Source: an uncultured Bdellovibrio sp.
GTDB lineage: Bacteria; Bdellovibrionota; Bdellovibrionia; Bdellovibrionales; Bdellovibrionaceae
NCBI GenBank assembly: GCA_963932905.1
Contig: CAWVRN010000014.1
Span: 1-64,000, forward strand
DNA length: 64,000 nt
Direction of reading: 5' to 3'
In this document: positions 59,591 through 64,000 of the stretch, piece by piece
Layout of the letters: every line of letters begins with the position of its first letter
How positions within the stretch are numbered: the first letter of the stretch is position 1
Position numbers and translations under genes: made by a program
The notes under the pieces: generated by a model
Database searches by the model: none
Told to the model about the DNA's origin: nothing
What the model saw: only the letters and a program-made list of their open reading frames with translations

Positions 59591-61054
59591 CTAATATTGA
59601 GAAAAGTCAGCCATGTTGAGTTTATTAAATTTCAATTTTCGGTAGGGCTCACGAAGTAAAATAGAAAGTTCATATTTGCCGGTGGGAATAATCAGTGCAT
59701 TTGATTTTATGTATTCCAGGATGGAGTTACATAAGACTTTTTGTTTTGATTTGTTTTTTTCTATTTTTAATTTAGCAATGTTGTCCTCTAAGAATGCATC
59801 TGAAAACTGAAAAATATTCTCTGGATTTTCTTTCTCAAAGATTTTAACAGCCGAATAGCACAATGGGGTTTCTAACGGAATACCTTTGCGGAATATAGCT
59901 GGAAGTTCGGCTTTAAGTAAGCTGATGTAGGCTTTGTTTTCGATTTGTTTAGTTGTGACTTCTATGTCTAAATATTTTTTCCATTCCGATTTTAGCCATT
60001 CGGCGGTGCGCTGATGATCTTCACCACCTAAATGTGAATACGATAGATCGATCGGGGATTTGGGAGCCGACATCAACTTTCGTTTGGATTTTTTAATTTC
60101 AAAACATATAGGTTTATCTAAAGCGGTGGTGCTAAAGTCAAAACAACCGGGGCGGCCAGTTGAGTTTAGCAATTTTTGAAGTTCCTTATAGTCGATAACT
60201 TCGCTCATAGCTAAACGTGTGGGCTTGTCGATTTTTGCGAAATTAAATCCAAAATAATCAAACCGCAAAACTTCAACACCTAGGAACGATTTGTCTTTTC
60301 GCCATTGAGGAATTTGGGCTGTGGGTACGCGGCGAACTAGATCGATCTGATTTTTTGAAAATAGGGGGATTTGAATCGAATCATCCGAAATATAAACGAA
60401 CGACAGGTCGGGGCGGTGAGAATGGATGTGGTAGTTCGGATTGCTTTCCATTTTAATTTCTAAATTTTTTGAATCGTACTGTTTAATTCTATAAGGACCC
60501 GATGAAATAATCGGCAGTGAGATATTGAAATTCTTTTGTTTAACTGGTGCCGTCATCGGCAGAGCTAGCTTGTATTCAAATTCTGGGTCTGGTGACTCTA
60601 GTTCAAATTCAATTGCGCTTGGCGGATGAAATTTAATGCCCACCTTGGAAAATGTCTTTAAATCACCTTGAGCAAACTTGCGGGCGCCACGCACACTGAA
60701 TAGAGTTTCTTTGCGAGTAAAATCAGATTTTGGATCTAGTAAAAATTCGTAAGAAGCCAGAAAGTCTTTTGCTTCCATAGAAGATCCATCACTCCACTTT
60801 AATCCTGATTTTAATTGGCAGCGAAGTTTCCGTCGGCTTTTCCATTCGCATTTTTCTGCTAGGTCAGCAATAAGTTCATTGTTCTCGTTAATCCACAACC
60901 AATTGCGAAATAGTGCGTGGTGAATGTATGCGCCCGAAGCAGATCTTAAATTCAAGGGATTGATTTCTGTAAGTTCGTTCTGATAGGGAACTCGAAAGGT
61001 GCCGTTTGTAGACAGATTTGCAGAAGACATCGTTGGCGCGTAAATCAGCGTCAA
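59591..61054 (-). CDS. ABC transporter oligopeptide-binding protein (OppA-like, family 5)
   Basis: ADLAE, LKSGLKWSDG, SSGPYRI, NPNYH; true start probably slightly upstream. Confidence 0.85.
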   Translation of the reverse strand: MTLIYAPTMSSANLSTNGTFRVPYQNELTEINPLNLRSASGAYIHHALFRNWLWINENNELIADLAEKCEWKSRRKLRCQLKSGLKWSDGSSMEAKDFLASYEFLLDPKSDFTRKETLFSVRGARKFAQGDLKTFSKVGIKFHPPSAIEFELESPDPEFEYKLALPMTAPVKQKNFNISLPIISSGPYRIKQYDSKNLEIKMESNPNYHIHSHRPDLSFVYISDDSIQIPLFSKNQIDLVRRVPTAQIPQWRKDKSFLGVEVLRFDYFGFNFAKIDKPTRLAMSEVIDYKELQKLLNSTGRPGCFDFSTTALDKPICFEIKKSKRKLMSAPKSPIDLSYSHLGGEDHQRTAEWLKSEWKKYLDIEVTTKQIENKAYISLLKAELPAIFRKGIPLETPLCYSAVKIFEKENPENIFQFSDAFLEDNIAKLKIEKNKSKQKVLCNSILEYIKSNALIIPTGKYELSILLREPYRKLKFNKLNMADFSQY

Positions 61055-61095
61055 CGACGTTAATAAAGAAACAGAATGACGTAAAAGGGTGCTAA

Positions 61096-62253
61096 TTAAG
61101 AAAGCTCCATTTTTGCTATCGTATTCAATTGCATATTGCTTGTGCCTTCATAGATTTGTCCAATTTTGGAATCCCGCCAGAATTTTTCAACAGGGTATTC
61201 TTTTGTGAAGCCATTGCCGCCGAATAAATCAATTGCCATGGAAGTAATTTTCTCGGCAGCACGCGATGAATATAATTTGGCCATAGCCGCAGATTCAACA
61301 AAATCTTGTCCTGAATCTTTTAAGCGGGCGGCGTTGTACACCATTAGGCGAGCAGCCTCTAAAGATAAACGCATTTCAGCCAATTGAAATTGAATTCCTT
61401 GAAAGTCGCTCAATTTTTTACCGAATTGTTCGCGAGTTTTGATATAATTTAAAGTCGCCTCATAAGCACCTTGTGCGATACCGACCATTTGAGCGCCGAT
61501 ACCGATACGACCTTCATTTAATGTTTCGATTGCGATTTTGTATCCTTTGCCTACTTCGCCAAGAATATTAGCTTCAGGAACTTCGCAGTTTTCAAATAGT
61601 AGTTCGCACGTTGAGCTTGCGCGAATTCCTAGTTTGTCTTCTTTTTTGCCAACTTTGAAACCCGGGAATGATTTTTCAACGATGAAGGCAGTGATGCCTT
61701 TATAGCCCTTGCTAAAATCTGTGTTCGCGAAACAGATGAAAACATTCGCGTGAGATGCGTTGGTGATCCAAAGCTTAGTTCCATTTAAAATCCACTTATC
61801 GCCTTTTTTTTCCGCTTTTAATTTTAAAGCAAATGCATCCGATCCGCTGCTGCTTTCAGAGAGTGCATAGGCACCTACCCACTCTGTCGCCATTTTTCTT
61901 AAATATTTTTCCTTTTGTGCTTCCGTGCCCCATTTTAAAAACGCGTTTGTCGTCAACGTATTTTGTACGTCAACAAGCACAGAAACAGACCCATCTACGC
62001 GGCCCAATTCTTCAACAGCTAAGCACGCCATTGTGAAAGTGGATCCTGTGCCACCATATTTTTCGGGAGTTTCGATACCCATTAAACCCATTTCAAATAG
62101 TTTTTTGATTAGGGATTCCGGCATTTGAGATTTTTCGTCCATTTCGGTTACTATTGGTTTGATTTCGCTTTCCGCGAATGTGCGGATCGCCTCTTTGAAA
62201 GCGTTTTCGTCATCTGACAAAGTAGTGATTGCGGGACGGGCATTCTCGTTCAT
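61096..62253 (-). CDS. acyl-CoA dehydrogenase (short/branched-chain type)
   Basis: YALSESSSGSDA, NGTKLWITN, KLGIRASST, GRIGI, REQFG, GGNGF, IYEGTSNMQ. Confidence 0.96.
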   Translation of the reverse strand: MNENARPAITTLSDDENAFKEAIRTFAESEIKPIVTEMDEKSQMPESLIKKLFEMGLMGIETPEKYGGTGSTFTMACLAVEELGRVDGSVSVLVDVQNTLTTNAFLKWGTEAQKEKYLRKMATEWVGAYALSESSSGSDAFALKLKAEKKGDKWILNGTKLWITNASHANVFICFANTDFSKGYKGITAFIVEKSFPGFKVGKKEDKLGIRASSTCELLFENCEVPEANILGEVGKGYKIAIETLNEGRIGIGAQMVGIAQGAYEATLNYIKTREQFGKKLSDFQGIQFQLAEMRLSLEAARLMVYNAARLKDSGQDFVESAAMAKLYSSRAAEKITSMAIDLFGGNGFTKEYPVEKFWRDSKIGQIYEGTSNMQLNTIAKMELS

Positions 62254-62390
62254 GGATTCTCCTTAAAATGAATAAAGAAAAATCTACCGTAAAAAACAAC
62301 TATGTCAACCATGACTCACACGGTTGCAGACATCTATAAAATCAAGATTTCAAATGGACTTTCGGATCTATTTTCACTAAATTTGCATTT

Positions 62391-63074
62391 ATGGATGTAA
62401 TGCAATTTGGTGTAAATATATTTTTGATTTTCTTTCCTTTCCTTTTTGCTCTTTGTTTTCATGAGTACGCGCATGGTTGGGTTGCTAAATTAAAAGGCGA
62501 TAACACGGCGGAAATGATGGGTCGGTTAACTCTGAACCCGCTGGTACATATGGATATTGTGGGTACGTTGGTGCTGCCTTTGATTTCTATTTTTTCTATC
62601 TCTAGTGGAGGACCTTCATTTTTCTTCGGTTGGGCGAAACCTGTGCCAGTATCGACTCGTAATTTGAAAAATGTTAGAAATGATATGTTTTGGATCGCGT
62701 TGGCAGGTCCACTATCTAATTTATTGCTGGCTTCTATTGCGGCCGTTGTTTATGTGCTTGTGATTACGCGAGTTGATGTCAATACACAGGATGTAGTCAA
62801 AAAATTGTTTGTGTCCTTCTTGATTACAAATGCATCACTGGCGGTTTTTAATATGATCCCTTTGCATCCCCTAGATGGGGGGAAAGTACTGGCAAGATTT
62901 CTGCCAGCAAGTATTAATTATAAGTTAGAGCAAAATGAACACATCTCTGGCTACATTTTATTGTTCATTTTTATTTCTGGGATGGGTGCCGTTCTTTCTT
63001 ATCCTGTTCGCTGGATTGCTCAAGGGCTGCTTCAGCTAGCCTTTGCTATCTTTGGACCATCTAGCTTGTTATAG
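62391..63074 (+). CDS. site-2 protease (M50 family)
   Basis: HEYAHG, GRLTLNP, GWAKPVP, AGPLSN, FNMIPLHPLDGG. Confidence 0.95.
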   Translation: MDVMQFGVNIFLIFFPFLFALCFHEYAHGWVAKLKGDNTAEMMGRLTLNPLVHMDIVGTLVLPLISIFSISSGGPSFFFGWAKPVPVSTRNLKNVRNDMFWIALAGPLSNLLLASIAAVVYVLVITRVDVNTQDVVKKLFVSFLITNASLAVFNMIPLHPLDGGKVLARFLPASINYKLEQNEHISGYILLFIFISGMGAVLSYPVRWIAQGLLQLAFAIFGPSSLL

Positions 63075-63101
63075 TATACAAAAAGTAAAATTAGGAAAAT
63101 T

Positions 63102-64000
63102 ATGTCAGATTCAGTATCAAACACAGTATCAAGTGCAGGTGAGAAAGTTAACGTTGTCAGCGGAGTGCGTGTCACTGGCGAACTTCATATTGGTAATTAT
63201 TGGGGGGCCGTTCGAAACTGGTTAGAACTGCAAGATAAATATCAATGCTTCTTTGGTATTATGGATTGGCATGGTCTGACGACCGCGTACAAGCGTTCAG
63301 ATGAAATTTTGCCACTGATGCGTGAAATGTACGCCGAGTTTTTAGCTTGGGGTGTGGATCCTGAAAAAGCGACCTTGTTTATTCAAAGTCATGTTCCAGA
63401 ACATTTGGAATTGTTTATGATTTTTGCAAACATCACGCCCATGGGTTGGTTAGAACGTGTGCCGACATGGAAAGATGCGGAGGAGGAGGCTAAGGCTTCG
63501 GACACGCATAATTTAGGTCGATTCGCCTACCCCGTTTTGCAAGCGGCTGACATTGCGGTCTACAACGGAGCTTTGGTTCCGGTAGGTCATGATCAAATTG
63601 CCCATTTAGAGCTAAGTCGCGAGATCGTGCGTCGTTTTAATCACATTTATAAAGCTAAGATTCGCGAGCCTAAACCGTTGTTGACACAAACGCCGACGTT
63701 GGTGGGACTTGATGGGCGTAAAATGTCTAAAAGTTATAACAATACTATCTTGTTAACTGAGAAAGATGAAAAGACGTTGAAAAAGAAAGTAAATATGATG
63801 TTAACTGACCCTCAAAGGGCGCGCCGCGAAAACCCAGGAAATCCTGAAGTTTGCCCGGTGTATTCTTTCCATAAATTATACTCAAGCGTTGAAGAACAAG
63901 AGTGGGTTGTTTCCGGTTGTACGACAGCGGGAATTGGCTGCGGCGATTGTAAAGCTAAGCTTGCATTTAATATGAATGCTAAAACCGAGATTCCAAGGCA
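63102..64000 (+). CDS. trpS: tryptophan--tRNA ligase (runs off the window end)
   Basis: read manually: SGVRVTGELHIGNYWGA, YPVLQAADI, VPVGHDQ, KMSKS. Confidence 0.95.
   Translation, partial: MSDSVSNTVSSAGEKVNVVSGVRVTGELHIGNYWGAVRNWLELQDKYQCFFGIMDWHGLTTAYKRSDEILPLMREMYAEFLAWGVDPEKATLFIQSHVPEHLELFMIFANITPMGWLERVPTWKDAEEEAKASDTHNLGRFAYPVLQAADIAVYNGALVPVGHDQIAHLELSREIVRRFNHIYKAKIREPKPLLTQTPTLVGLDGRKMSKSYNNTILLTEKDEKTLKKKVNMMLTDPQRARRENPGNPEVCPVYSFHKLYSSVEEQEWVVSGCTTAGIGCGDCKAKLAFNMNAKTEIPR

Noticed and set aside
63043..63225. 60-aa ORF at the window end
   Set aside because: Out-of-frame overlap with trpS, which starts at 63102.

Overview
Bacterial chromosome segment, most likely Bdellovibrionota. 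This is inferred from the TIGR02147-type regulator, an FNNC-type lipoprotein and the gene order. Core blocks: rimP-nusA-infB-rbfA-truB, rpsO-pnp-M16-dut, mutL-miaA, yicC-gmk-rpoZ-rel, gspC-D-E, greA and trpS (partial). There are two accessory regions, about 1-12.4 kb around tRNA-Leu(CAA) and about 38.5-44.5 kb. The standout is a five-gene operon at 2368-6300 that looks like an undescribed RiPP/protein-modification system. It encodes a Sec-signal-bearing 112-aa protein ending in ...GPIVAN (C-terminal Asn, as in the microcin C precursor MRTGNAN), an MccB/ThiF-like adenylyltransferase with an RRE-sized N-terminus, a fold-III PLP decarboxylase, and an SdpA-like/HTTM (SdpB-like) membrane pair. It is transcribed divergently from a TIGR02147 regulator and a lipoprotein. 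Also seen: a dispersed REP/MITE-like palindrome family, an internal tRNA-Leu duplication bounding a Doc toxin-antitoxin islet, two homopolymer-frameshifted genes, a start-less ORF in frame behind the miaA stop, and several leaderless-type promoters. All family calls come from motif recognition by eye; no database searches were run.
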